The position numbers and the translations under genes were made by a program. Of a stretch of 64,000 bases of DNA, positions 37,545 through 46,698 are shown piece by piece. The stretch is from IMG/VR virus record IMGVR_UViG_3300021437_000016; one strand, written 5' to 3'. The notes under the pieces are model-generated. The model did not search any database. It saw only the letters and a list, made by a program, of their open reading frames with translations, and was not told the origin of the DNA. Position 1 is the first letter of the stretch; each line of letters starts with the position of its first letter. Source of the DNA: an uncultured virus (IMG/VR IMGVR_UViG_3300021437_000016). Lineage: Duplodnaviria; Heunggongvirae; Uroviricota; Caudoviricetes.

Positions 37545-37961
37545 ATGGCACGATATTTTGAGCATCGGCAGTCCGGCAAGCGGTACGAGATCGTATCGAC
37601 TGACGCTGCCAACAACACCATCCGACTGAAGGGTGCTCATGCCGAATTTGACGAGCCGAATGACCCGGCCCACTTCGAGCGCATGGGCTACGAGCTGAAG
37701 TCCGATGATGGTGTCCCCGCTACCCCGCCCCCCGCACAGGAGGTCACCCATGTATCGCCGCCGCCTCCAGTTCCTACGGCTTCGCCGGCAGCTGTTCCGC
37801 CTCCGCCTCCCCCGCCTGTGGTCACAGCCCCGCCGCCGCCTCCACCAGTGGCGTCTCCGTCAGCTCCTCCGCCACCGCCTCCCCCGCCGCCGGTCGCAGT
37901 TCCTGCCGCTCCAGTCGCAGCTCCTCCGCCACCGCCTCCCCCACCGCCTCCCGGCGCGTGA
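37545..37961 (+). CDS. protein with a poly-Pro C-terminal tail
   Basis: AAGGAG SD; globular N-terminus then runs of Pro. Confidence 0.7.
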   Translation: MARYFEHRQSGKRYEIVSTDAANNTIRLKGAHAEFDEPNDPAHFERMGYELKSDDGVPATPPPAQEVTHVSPPPPVPTASPAAVPPPPPPPVVTAPPPPPPVASPSAPPPPPPPPPVAVPAAPVAAPPPPPPPPPPGA

Positions 37962-37964
37962 CAA

Positions 37965-38483
37965 GTGAGGCTTCTCTGCAAACTGTTCGGTCATCGCAAC
38001 ATCGGCTCCGGCTGGTGGGGCGATGGCCTGTACGGAGACGTGGCTCTTTGCGCGATTGATGGTATTGGGCAGACGCATTTCACGGTCAACAAGACCTGTC
38101 ATCGTTGCGGAAAGCGCTACATTGTGGCACGCTTCCATGGTGAGGGGGTGCTCGACGCCCTGACCACGCTCCATGGACGAGGACTGTACACCATGCCTAG
38201 CTCACCGGGATACAAGCGCGACTACACCCAAGAGTACAAGACCGCCAAGGCGCGCGGTGAGGTGGCGGGAGGCCCGAGCGGCGACAACGCCAAGCGCAAG
38301 CGCCTGCGACGCCAGCTGGAGAAGTCCGGCAAGGTTCACAAGGGCGACGGCAAAGACGTGGACCACAAGAAGCCGCTCTCCAAGGGCGGCGCGAACTCCA
38401 AGAGCAACGCTCGTGTTGTCTCGGCATCAACCAACCGCAGCTTTCCGCGCAAGTCGGACGGTAGTATGAAAAGGAATACCTAA
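37965..38483 (+). CDS. HNH endonuclease, in frame with an N-terminal Cys/His domain; internal start at 38193 likely
   Basis: DVDHKKPLSKGGAN...N; N-terminal LCKLFGH...CHRCG; GAGGA SD before 38193. Confidence 0.7.
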   Translation: MRLLCKLFGHRNIGSGWWGDGLYGDVALCAIDGIGQTHFTVNKTCHRCGKRYIVARFHGEGVLDALTTLHGRGLYTMPSSPGYKRDYTQEYKTAKARGEVAGGPSGDNAKRKRLRRQLEKSGKVHKGDGKDVDHKKPLSKGGANSKSNARVVSASTNRSFPRKSDGSMKRNT

Positions 38484-39013
38484 TGATCCATGTTATGCAG
38501 GACATCGAGACCTGGAGCACACGCAATAACGCGTTGCTGATCTCCATCGGTGCGGTGAAGTTCGACAAGGACAACATCGTCGATCGCTTCGAGGTCGGTA
38601 TTGATCCTGTCGACGCTGCTCGCTATGGCCTGCACATCGACCCGGACACTGTCCAATGGTGGATGCATCCCGACCGGCGCGAGGCGCTTGATCGGTGGCA
38701 GGCGTTGCCCAAGGTGGACCTCGCTGCAGCCCTCGACGGATACGCCATGTGGGTCAAGCAGACTGAGGACCTCGGCTCCTTGTGGGGTAACGGTGCCACC
38801 TTCGACAACGTCAAGATGAAGTCTGCCTTCGATGCGGTCGGGCTCGAATACCCTGTCAGTTTCCGTCAGGACGAGTGCTACCGCACCATGCGGAACCGGT
38901 TCCCCACTGTGGAGTTCGTGCGCGTCGGCGCCTCACACAGCCCCTTGGATGACGCAACGAGCCAGGCCTTGCACCTGCAGGAAATCGCTCGCCAATTTGG
39001 AGTGACATTGTGA
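38483..39013 (+). CDS. DEDD-family 3'-5' exonuclease (Rv2179c-like)
   Basis: DIET, SIGAV, WGNGATFD, HSPLDDA. Confidence 0.85.
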   Translation: MIHVMQDIETWSTRNNALLISIGAVKFDKDNIVDRFEVGIDPVDAARYGLHIDPDTVQWWMHPDRREALDRWQALPKVDLAAALDGYAMWVKQTEDLGSLWGNGATFDNVKMKSAFDAVGLEYPVSFRQDECYRTMRNRFPTVEFVRVGASHSPLDDATSQALHLQEIARQFGVTL

Positions 39014-39336
39014 CCGACACATCTAACGACCATATCACAGCTGACGCCCTTCCGGACCCTGATCTGTCCTTCGAGCAAATCCAGGCCCGCATCAATCAGG
39101 CAGCAGCCACCGGTGCCAAGATCAAGGAAATCCTGTCGGAGGATTGCGAGGACCTTGGTGAAGTCATGAACGCTCTGGCGTTTGGCATCATGACCGCAGC
39201 GTTCCAGCAGAACAGCTACATGTTCAAGGCGTTCGTCGGTGACCTTCTGGTCTCCACGCTGCAGCTCTACAACAACGCGGTGTTCATCCCCGATGAGCTT
39301 GAGCCGGCTTTCGATCCGGCCGCAACGCAGCAGTAA
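39010..39336 (+). CDS. hypothetical protein
   Basis: 108 aa, GTGA-coupled. Confidence 0.65.
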   Translation: MTDTSNDHITADALPDPDLSFEQIQARINQAAATGAKIKEILSEDCEDLGEVMNALAFGIMTAAFQQNSYMFKAFVGDLLVSTLQLYNNAVFIPDELEPAFDPAATQQ

Positions 39337-39340
39337 GCGC

Positions 39341-39694
39341 ATGCAGTCCGCATATGAACGTATGGTCTTCTCCCGGGCGCTTGCCGCCCGGGTGGGGATC
39401 GCCCTCGCCGCTCTTGGCTTCCTCAGCTCGATCGCGATGTTCTTCATCCCGGTACCGAGCATTCCGCTGGGAGGTTTCTTCCTGTGTAATGCAGTATGGA
39501 TCGCCAGCAACCACAACCTCCTTGGCACCGCGATGAGGCTGCAGGCTGCAGTCGATATGAAGAAGCTCCACTCTGACATGGTGGCGCTGCCCGGCACATA
39601 CCACCTTGTCGCCGGCGACACGTTCGAGATTCCAGCCGCCGGCAAAACCACACGCATCCGCGCACACAACGCGGTAACTTTCGAGGTCCTGTAA
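39341..39694 (+). CDS. membrane protein
   Basis: two hydrophobic segments; start MQSAYE. Confidence 0.55.
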   Translation: MQSAYERMVFSRALAARVGIALAALGFLSSIAMFFIPVPSIPLGGFFLCNAVWIASNHNLLGTAMRLQAAVDMKKLHSDMVALPGTYHLVAGDTFEIPAAGKTTRIRAHNAVTFEVL

Positions 39695-39695
39695 T

Positions 39696-40367
39696 ATGAA
39701 GCCGCAGCCCTGGTCCCACACCGCCCTTGAGTCGTTCGAGAATTGCCCTCGGCAATACTACGAGACGAAGGTTGCCAAGCGGTATCCCCAAGGGACAACC
39801 AAGGAAATGCAGTGGGGTCGAGATGTCCATACCGCTTTCGAGAACTACCTGCTGCACGGAACACCGCTGCCGACCGATCTGGAAACGCACCGGATTTTCC
39901 TTGAGCACTACCGATCTCTTCCGGGCGAGATCGCTGGTGAAGAGCGCATTGCCCTTAACAATCAGCTCAAGGGATGTGCCTACTTCGCTAAGGATGTATG
40001 GTACCGAGGTCAGGTTGACGCTCGAAAGCGCGATGGATCGTTCTCCTACATCCTCGACCACAAGACCGGAAGGGTGAAGAACGATTACACGCAGCTCAAG
40101 GGCTTCGCGATGCATGAGTTCCTGACCCAGCCACAGGTGCAGACGGTGCGCGTCGAGTTCTATTGGACGCAGATCAAGGGGTCGAACGGCGAGTCCTATA
40201 CCCGTGCGCAGCTGCCGGAACTGATCGACCACTTTGTCCCCAAGCTGAGCCGCTACGCTGATGCGTTCCTGACCGACACCTGGGTCCCCAAGCAGTCAGG
40301 GCTGTGCAACGGGTGGTGCCCTGTCACCACATGCGAATTTTGGCGTCCCAAGAGGAGTCGAGGATGA
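39696..40367 (+). CDS. PD-(D/E)XK exonuclease (RecB/Cas4-like)
   Basis: WSHT...CPRQY, GRDVH, VD...DHKTG, C-terminal CxxCxxxxC. Confidence 0.85.
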   Translation: MKPQPWSHTALESFENCPRQYYETKVAKRYPQGTTKEMQWGRDVHTAFENYLLHGTPLPTDLETHRIFLEHYRSLPGEIAGEERIALNNQLKGCAYFAKDVWYRGQVDARKRDGSFSYILDHKTGRVKNDYTQLKGFAMHEFLTQPQVQTVRVEFYWTQIKGSNGESYTRAQLPELIDHFVPKLSRYADAFLTDTWVPKQSGLCNGWCPVTTCEFWRPKRSRG

Positions 40368-40585
40368 ACAATTTCGAGAAGGTTCTAGCCAGCGAGGTCA
40401 GCCGTGTCCCCGGCGCGACGTTCGAGAAGGTCCCGGGGAAGAAGCACGCCAAGCACCGGATATACATCGCCGGACAGTCACGGCTTGTTGTGTCCCCTCT
40501 ATCCTGCAGCGATCGCCGAGGGATTCTAAATTACACAGCAACAATCCGCAGGTTGTTGCGAGAGATGACGGGAGCCGGCAAATGA
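40364..40585 (+). CDS. hypothetical protein
   Basis: GAGGAG SD, ATGA-coupled. Confidence 0.6.
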   Translation: MNNFEKVLASEVSRVPGATFEKVPGKKHAKHRIYIAGQSRLVVSPLSCSDRRGILNYTATIRRLLREMTGAGK

Positions 40586-40950
40586 TCACACCCCCTGCCA
40601 AGCACCCCCTCGGACCCTGGGGCACACCGATCGAGCTTGAGGTCCGGCGGCGCATCCAGATCAGCGTCGCGGCTTATGCCTACGAGTTCAACAGTGACCC
40701 CATCATGAGCGATGCGCTGTTCGACTTCTTCGCTGGTCGCATCTGCAAACGCATGGGGACGTGTCACCCGCTGCTCGATGAGTTCTTCCTGGTCCACTTC
40801 AGCCCGATGACCGGCATGTGGATTCACCACCACCCGGAGCTTGATCGGATCAAGCACCTCTACACCATGTTCGGCGCGCACATGCGCGAATATTTCGCGG
40901 GCCCGGAAGCGATGCGCCTGATCGGAGTGAAGCCACCCAAGGAGGACTGA
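40582..40950 (+). CDS. protein resembling the N-terminal (Ia) domain of NAD-dependent DNA ligase
   Basis: AAYAYE...PIMSDALFD resembles the YY...P.ISDxxYD motif. Confidence 0.55.
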   Translation: MITPPAKHPLGPWGTPIELEVRRRIQISVAAYAYEFNSDPIMSDALFDFFAGRICKRMGTCHPLLDEFFLVHFSPMTGMWIHHHPELDRIKHLYTMFGAHMREYFAGPEAMRLIGVKPPKED

Positions 40951-41388
40951 ATGAGCGACGTGTCTCGCGCGCTTGCGCGGTTCAGGAAGTTCTGTCGGTT
41001 CGAGCCAGAGACTGGCTGTGTGGTATGGACCGGCGGCACAACCAAAGGGCGGGGGCACCATATTCCCTACCCTGCATTTTGGTACGGCGGACGTAGATGG
41101 TTCGGCCATCGATGGGCTGCCAAGTTTATTCACGATGTCGACATTGAAGGCTTGCATGTCGACCATTGTTGTCCCAACATCCCCAAGCCAAACACCCTGT
41201 GCGTTCAACACGTGCAGGGAATATCCGCGCGGGAGAACCGCGAGCTGCAGGAGACGCGCAAGCGGTTCATCTACCTGCAGGTTGGACTGCTGTGCTACGA
41301 CGACCTGTACCGGTATCCGCTCGGACCGCCTGCAGGTGACATACCCTTTTACGAGTGCCCTGACTGGTTGAAAGGACCGATCGAATGA
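40951..41388 (+). CDS. HNH endonuclease
   Basis: GCVVWTG, GHRWA, HVDHCC...LCVQH...EN. Confidence 0.75.
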   Translation: MSDVSRALARFRKFCRFEPETGCVVWTGGTTKGRGHHIPYPAFWYGGRRWFGHRWAAKFIHDVDIEGLHVDHCCPNIPKPNTLCVQHVQGISARENRELQETRKRFIYLQVGLLCYDDLYRYPLGPPAGDIPFYECPDWLKGPIE

Positions 41389-41822
41389 ACACCCCCGACA
41401 AGAAGCACCCCCTCGTCGCCCCGCTGGACGTCAGCCGCGTCAAAGATGAGAAGGGCGTCAAGCGCCTGATCAAGCAGCTGCTCGACTTCCACGGATATTT
41501 CCACTGGATGCCTAGCGCGAACGGCTATGGCATGCAGGGTGTCTCCGACCACCTCGCGCTCAAGAACGGCGTATTCGTGGTGGTCGAGGCCAAGTTCGGC
41601 AAGAACACCCCCAAGCCCCTGCAGAAGTCCTTCGCCTTGCAGATCATGGCGAACGACGGCTTCGCCTTCTGCGTCAACGAGAAGAACATCGACCACCTCG
41701 CGATGTGGCTTGAGAGCTTCGAGGTTGCTACGCAGTACCAGGCCGAAGGCAAGGAAGTGCCGGATGAGCACGGCGCGCGGATGCTGAACGCCATCAGCGT
41801 CCTGACGGATGCGTTCGCATGA
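41385..41822 (+). CDS. VRR-NUC domain nuclease
   Basis: EKGVK, GVSD, VEAK, LQ motifs; directly upstream of the SNF2 helicase. Confidence 0.8.
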   Translation: MNTPDKKHPLVAPLDVSRVKDEKGVKRLIKQLLDFHGYFHWMPSANGYGMQGVSDHLALKNGVFVVVEAKFGKNTPKPLQKSFALQIMANDGFAFCVNEKNIDHLAMWLESFEVATQYQAEGKEVPDEHGARMLNAISVLTDAFA

Positions 41823-41905
41823 GTGGGCTCCAGAAGCTCGCAACCATCGTGGCACTCTCTGTGGTGTTGTGGGGATTCATCATGGTGGGGGTTGCATCTC
41901 TGTGA
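41819..41905 (+). CDS. 28-aa membrane peptide (absent from the ORF track)
   Basis: MSGLQKLATIVALSVVLWGFIMVGVASL; ATGA and GTGA overlaps at both ends. Confidence 0.5.
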   Translation: MSGLQKLATIVALSVVLWGFIMVGVASL

Positions 41906-44400
41906 CAGCCTGCGTCGTAGACAAGAACACTGAGAGCGTTGTGCTCAAGGTGGCGGACCCTCTCGCAGTGCGGGAGGTTCTGCCAAACAGCAAGACGCTA
42001 CCGCATCCGCAGTTCAACCTCGCGGTGCATCACACGTTGGAGAGCACCAAGGTCCTGCGCAACATGGGGTTCGACGTGCCTGCGCCGATCCGTCACCACT
42101 ATCCATGGCCGGGTCGGTACTCGCCTTACGAGCACCAAATCCAGATGTCGGAGTTCCTGACACTGCACCGCCGCTGCTTCAACCTGTCCGAGATGGGCTG
42201 CGTAGATGCGGACACCGAGTACCTGTCGCCATTCGGCTGGCGTCGGATCGCGGATTACGCAGGCGGCGACGTGGCCCAGTATCTGCCGGACACTGGCGAG
42301 ATCGAGTTCGTCACCAACCCAGAGTTCGTCAAGCTCCCTTGCGAGGAGATGATCCGGTTCAAGACCACCCACGGCGTGGACCAGCTTCTCAGCCGTGAAC
42401 ATCGTGTGTTGTTGGCAGATGGTCGTGTGGTCAGCGCACAGCATGTGCTGGACCACTATGGGAGCCAGTCGCTGGAGGCGCGGTCGCACCGGTTCCGCAC
42501 CACCTTTCGCCCGCGCGGGGTCGAGGGCGTGCCCCTGACCGACGCCGAGATTCGGGTACAGGTTGCCGCCAACGCTGACGGGTACTTCGAGCCAGGGCGC
42601 AACTGCGCCGTGGTGCGGATCAAGAAGCCGCGCAAGATCGCCCGGATGCGTGAGCTGCTGGTTGCGGCTGGGATCACATTCACCGAGCACCCGGCACAGC
42701 CTGAGGGGTTCGTCCGGTTCCGGTTCACGCCGCCGCTCGCGAAGGGCTTCGACGCTGTGTGGTGGGCTGCCACCGCAGAACAGCTCGAAGTCGTGGCAGA
42801 CGAGGCTCCTCGTTGGGACGGCACGCTGCGCAAGGTAGGCGGCGTCTCGTTCTTCGGCACGCGCCGCGATGCTGACTTCGTGCAGTATGCGTTCGCGGCA
42901 TCAGGTCACCGGAGCACTATTCGGCAGCTCCCTGACTGCGTTGCCGTAGCTGCCAAGGCAGGAGACCCAACTGTCGGGATGGTGCAGCGCAACACCACAC
43001 GCGAGCCGAACGTCCGGGTGGAGCCGTCCACCGATGGGTTCAAGTATTGCTTCATGGTGCCAAGCACGTTCCTCGTATTCCGGCGCAACGGCTGCGTGTT
43101 CGCCAGCGGCAACACCATGAAAACCAACGGCTCGCTGTGGGCCGCGGACTGGCTCATGAAAACCGGCCGGGTACGCAAGGCATTGATCCTGTCACCCCTC
43201 TCCACGCTGGAGAGTGTGTGGCAGAACGATATCTTCGAGACGCTTCCTCACCGCGCTGCAGCAATCCTGCACGGCTCCAAGGAGCGGCGTCTCAAGTATC
43301 TGAACGTGCAGGCGGATTTCTACATCCTCAACCACGACGGGATCAAGATCAACGATGTGCGCGAGGCGATCCGCAAGCGACCGGACATCGATCTGGTCAT
43401 TGTCGATGAGGCCGGGATGTTCCGCAACCCGTCGGCCGACAAGTACAAAGCGCTGGCAGCACTGGTCAACAACCGCCCCGACATGCGCTTGTGGATGATG
43501 ACCGGAACACCATGCCCCAACGCACCGACCGACGCATGGGCCTTGGCTCGTCTGGTGAGCCCGGAGCGGGTGCCGAAGTTTGCCAGCGCGTTCCAGCGCG
43601 AGACCATGACCAAAGTGGGCCCGTTCCGCTGGGTGCCTCGGATCGACGCATTCGAGAAGGCCTACGACGCGATGCAGCCGGCGATCCGGTTCCGGAAGAA
43701 GGACTGCATCTCCCTGCCGCCTGTCACCACGCAGAACCACACCGCGCAGATCAGCACGGCGCAGGCGCAGGCGGTCAAGCAGCTCAAGGACAACATGGTC
43801 ACCAACGCTGTGGGCGGCGCGCAGATCACCGCGGCGAACGCTGCTGACCAGATCAACAAGATCAGGCAGGTCCTGTGTGGAGCGCTCAAGGACCCAGCAA
43901 CCGGGAACTATCTGCCGATCCCGCACCAAGGCCGGCTCAAGGCACTGATCGACGCCATCCAGTCAGCCAGCGCCAAGGTCATCGTGGTGGTCCCGTTCAA
44001 GGGAATCATCCGCCTGCTGGCACCTGAGGTGGAGAAGGCCGGGTTTACCTGCGCCGTGGTCAATGGTGACGTCACCCCGGCGAAGCGCTCGGAAATCTTC
44101 AAAGCGTTCAAGACCCAGAAGGACCCACACGTTCTGCTCTGCCACCCGGCAGTCATGGCGCATGGCCTGAACCTGACGGAAGCTGACGTCCTGATTTTCT
44201 ACGCTCCGATCTACTCCAACGACGAGGTCGAGCAGGTCAACGAGCGCTTTAACCGCGCAGGTCAGACCCGGGCCATGACCATCGTCAGGATTGGCATGCA
44301 CCCCATCGAGTGGCAGATTTACAAGATGACCGACACCCGCAAGCAGGCGCAGATGAGCATCCTCGATCTGTACAATAACGTGGTCCAAGGCGTCGTGTAA
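41902..44400 (+). CDS. SNF2-family (SF2) helicase containing an intein
   Basis: after splicing, motif I reads SEMG-TMKT; DEA motif II, MTGTP motif III, HGLNL, QVNERFNRAGQ motif VI. Confidence 0.9.
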   Translation: MTACVVDKNTESVVLKVADPLAVREVLPNSKTLPHPQFNLAVHHTLESTKVLRNMGFDVPAPIRHHYPWPGRYSPYEHQIQMSEFLTLHRRCFNLSEMGCVDADTEYLSPFGWRRIADYAGGDVAQYLPDTGEIEFVTNPEFVKLPCEEMIRFKTTHGVDQLLSREHRVLLADGRVVSAQHVLDHYGSQSLEARSHRFRTTFRPRGVEGVPLTDAEIRVQVAANADGYFEPGRNCAVVRIKKPRKIARMRELLVAAGITFTEHPAQPEGFVRFRFTPPLAKGFDAVWWAATAEQLEVVADEAPRWDGTLRKVGGVSFFGTRRDADFVQYAFAASGHRSTIRQLPDCVAVAAKAGDPTVGMVQRNTTREPNVRVEPSTDGFKYCFMVPSTFLVFRRNGCVFASGNTMKTNGSLWAADWLMKTGRVRKALILSPLSTLESVWQNDIFETLPHRAAAILHGSKERRLKYLNVQADFYILNHDGIKINDVREAIRKRPDIDLVIVDEAGMFRNPSADKYKALAALVNNRPDMRLWMMTGTPCPNAPTDAWALARLVSPERVPKFASAFQRETMTKVGPFRWVPRIDAFEKAYDAMQPAIRFRKKDCISLPPVTTQNHTAQISTAQAQAVKQLKDNMVTNAVGGAQITAANAADQINKIRQVLCGALKDPATGNYLPIPHQGRLKALIDAIQSASAKVIVVVPFKGIIRLLAPEVEKAGFTCAVVNGDVTPAKRSEIFKAFKTQKDPHVLLCHPAVMAHGLNLTEADVLIFYAPIYSNDEVEQVNERFNRAGQTRAMTIVRIGMHPIEWQIYKMTDTRKQAQMSILDLYNNVVQGVV
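42199..43113 (+). mobile_element. intein (305 aa) with a LAGLIDADG-like endonuclease domain
   Basis: starts CVDADTEYL, block B LSREHRVL, ends YCFMVPS...ASGN before Thr+1; AANADGY and PRWDG helices. Confidence 0.9.
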
Positions 44401-44403
44401 TTA

Positions 44404-44446
44404 TTTTGGCCAAAAGGATTGACTCGTTTGGCCAAAAGTGTACAGC
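44404..44446 (+). promoter_or_regulatory. promoter-like site flanked by two TTTGGCCAAA palindromes
   Basis: TTTTGGCCAAAA 44404-44415, TTGACT 44419, TTTGGCCAAA 44427-44436. Confidence 0.55.
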
Positions 44447-44471
44447 GGTTAAATCAACGGAAGGATAGCTC

Positions 44472-44912
44472 GTGTCCGATAGTATCAACCTGGATAAGAT
44501 CGTTGAGGCCTACGCCAAGATCAAGGATGCCCGGACCGCCAAGAAGCGGGCCTGGGAAGCTGAAGACTCCGAGCTCGAAGCGTCGATGACCATGCTCAAG
44601 CAGGTCATGCTGGCGAAGCTCAACGCGATCGGCGGTAAGTCGGTCGCCACCAACCACGGCACGATCTACCGCACAGAGAAGATCAAGCCGAGCGCTGCGG
44701 ACTGGCAGGTGGTCTACACGTGGATCATGGCAGACCCGGATCGCTTCGAGGTTCTGGAGCGTCGCCTCAAGCCGACGTTCATCAAACAGTTCATGGATGA
44801 TAACGCCGGGGCGATACCTCCTGGGGTCAATGTCCATCGCGAGTTCGAGGTGTCGGTCCGCCGTGCCAACAGCTCATCTGAGTCGAGCAGCTTCTCGACG
44901 ATCAACGAGTAG
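44472..44912 (+). CDS. conserved phage replication-cluster protein
   Basis: 146 aa, AAGGA SD; coiled-coil, HGTIYR, IPPGV motifs. Confidence 0.75.
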   Translation: MSDSINLDKIVEAYAKIKDARTAKKRAWEAEDSELEASMTMLKQVMLAKLNAIGGKSVATNHGTIYRTEKIKPSAADWQVVYTWIMADPDRFEVLERRLKPTFIKQFMDDNAGAIPPGVNVHREFEVSVRRANSSSESSSFSTINE

Positions 44913-44920
44913 GAGCAGCA

Positions 44921-45115
44921 ATGCCAAGGACCCTGCGCAAGTGGCGGGCTCGACGCGTTGGTGGTAACATGACCATCAACGGTGAGGACGCTGTCACCCG
45001 GCTTGACGTGAAGATCACAAACGTCGAGTCGATCTTCCCTCCGACCTATGCCAGCGACAACTTTGTGCTCGCCACCGACAAGCGCGGTGATGTCCACAAG
45101 CTGCTCATCGGCTGA
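44921..45115 (+). CDS. hypothetical protein
   Basis: 64 aa, AGGAG SD. Confidence 0.6.
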   Translation: MPRTLRKWRARRVGGNMTINGEDAVTRLDVKITNVESIFPPTYASDNFVLATDKRGDVHKLLIG

Positions 45116-45144
45116 ACAATCAACCCTCGCAACAAGAGACCTTT

Positions 45145-46539
45145 ATGTCAAACATCACCATTGTGTCGAACGACTCGAATGCCGTCGCCGCCTGGGACCC
45201 GAACTCGGGTGCTGCCCTCCCCGCCTACCTGACCGAAACGCTGGGTGAGCTTGGATCGAACATCCCGGATCGCCAGACGGTCCCCTCACTGTCGTATGAG
45301 GGCAAGGTCTGGACCGTCGTCAAGGACGGCAACAAGACCAAGATGCAGGCTCCCAACGCCGACGGCGACATGGTGCCGCTTCCGATCATGCGCGTGGTCC
45401 TGCTGGACTTCAACGCGGACCGTGGCCGGGCCTACTATACCGGCACCTACAACCCGGCTGCCGCGTCGGCTCCCACCTGCTGGTCGGCGGACGGCAAGGC
45501 ACCGGACGCCAGCGTCAGGGAGAAGCAGGGCGCTATCTGCCAGACCTGCCCGATGGCTGCCAAGGGATCGAAAATCCAGGACGGCAAGGAAATGGTCGCC
45601 TGCTCGCAGCATCGCATGTTGGCGGTTGTTCCGGCGTTCGACATCAGCGCGGACCCGCTGCGCTTGAAGATTGCCGTCACCAGCGATTACGACAAGGAGC
45701 TTGTCGAGCATGGCTGGTTCGCCCTGCGCCAGTACGTGGACTTCCTGAAGTCGCGCGGCGTCAACCACACCGGTCTGGTCGTGACCAAGATCAAGTTCGA
45801 CGCCAACACGGCATACCCCAAGCTGCTGTTCTCGCTCGACCGCATCCTGAGTCCGGATGAGGCCGTGCAGATGAAGAAGGCGATCGCTAACCCCAAGGTG
45901 GCCGAGCTTCTCGCTGAGAAGTGGACTGCTGCTGGCACCAATGGCACGCCGATCGACGACGCGGATATTGCCCCGCAGCCGGCGCTTCAGGCTGAGACGC
46001 CTGCTGCACAGCAGGTCATCGAGGCGGTCGCCACACCCGCCACTTCCCCGGTTGCCGCTGTTGTGTCTGCGACGGTCGCCCCGAGCGGTCTCGCTGCTGC
46101 TGTCGCCGATGGCTGGGTCCCGCACCCGAGCGCACCGGGCTACCACTACAAGGGCCAGGACGTGAAGGCCGACGCTGAGGTGGCTGCGCTGTACACGGCT
46201 CCCGCACCGGTCGTGGAGGCCGCGCCGCCGCCTCCGCCTGTTGTCGAGGCTGCCCCGCCCCCGGTGGTTGACCCGATGGCTGCCGCTATCGCCGATGGCT
46301 GGGTCCCGCACCCGGGTGCCCCGGGCTACCACTACAAGGGCCAGGACGTCGTTGCTGACGGAGACCTCGCCGCTCGTTACTCGGGAAACGGGTCTGTCGC
46401 TGCGGTCGCGGCTACGTCTCCCGCTACGACGGTAAGTGCGGCCACTGCCGAACCCGCAGTGAGCGCAAGCGCCACAGCAACCGCTTCCGATGAGCCGCTC
46501 GATCCGGCCGTCGCTGCGCTGCTCAACAAGTGGACCTGA
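45145..46539 (+). CDS. putative ssDNA-binding/annealing protein with Cys cluster and long Ala/Pro tail
   Basis: PTCWSADG...CQTCP...KGS...CSQ; position upstream of the primase; duplicated tail motif. Confidence 0.55.
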   Translation: MSNITIVSNDSNAVAAWDPNSGAALPAYLTETLGELGSNIPDRQTVPSLSYEGKVWTVVKDGNKTKMQAPNADGDMVPLPIMRVVLLDFNADRGRAYYTGTYNPAAASAPTCWSADGKAPDASVREKQGAICQTCPMAAKGSKIQDGKEMVACSQHRMLAVVPAFDISADPLRLKIAVTSDYDKELVEHGWFALRQYVDFLKSRGVNHTGLVVTKIKFDANTAYPKLLFSLDRILSPDEAVQMKKAIANPKVAELLAEKWTAAGTNGTPIDDADIAPQPALQAETPAAQQVIEAVATPATSPVAAVVSATVAPSGLAAAVADGWVPHPSAPGYHYKGQDVKADAEVAALYTAPAPVVEAAPPPPPVVEAAPPPVVDPMAAAIADGWVPHPGAPGYHYKGQDVVADGDLAARYSGNGSVAAVAATSPATTVSAATAEPAVSASATATASDEPLDPAVAALLNKWT

Positions 46540-46608
46540 TGGGTCTCAGCTGACCCTGAGCCACTAGGTCTAGTGGCTTGCCGACGCAATCGACATGACG
46601 CATAATCC

Positions 46609-46635
46609 GATCCCCTCGCCAAGTGCGAGGGGATC
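46609..46635 (+). other. stem-loop upstream of the primase gene
   Basis: GATCCCCTCGC-CAAGT-GCGAGGGGATC; a further hairpin at 46560-46577. Confidence 0.55.
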
Positions 46636-46698
46636 ATCGGCAGTGAGGTTTCAAGTGGCTCAAACGCATCGTCCCGCGTGGATTGTCGAGGTGTGCTC

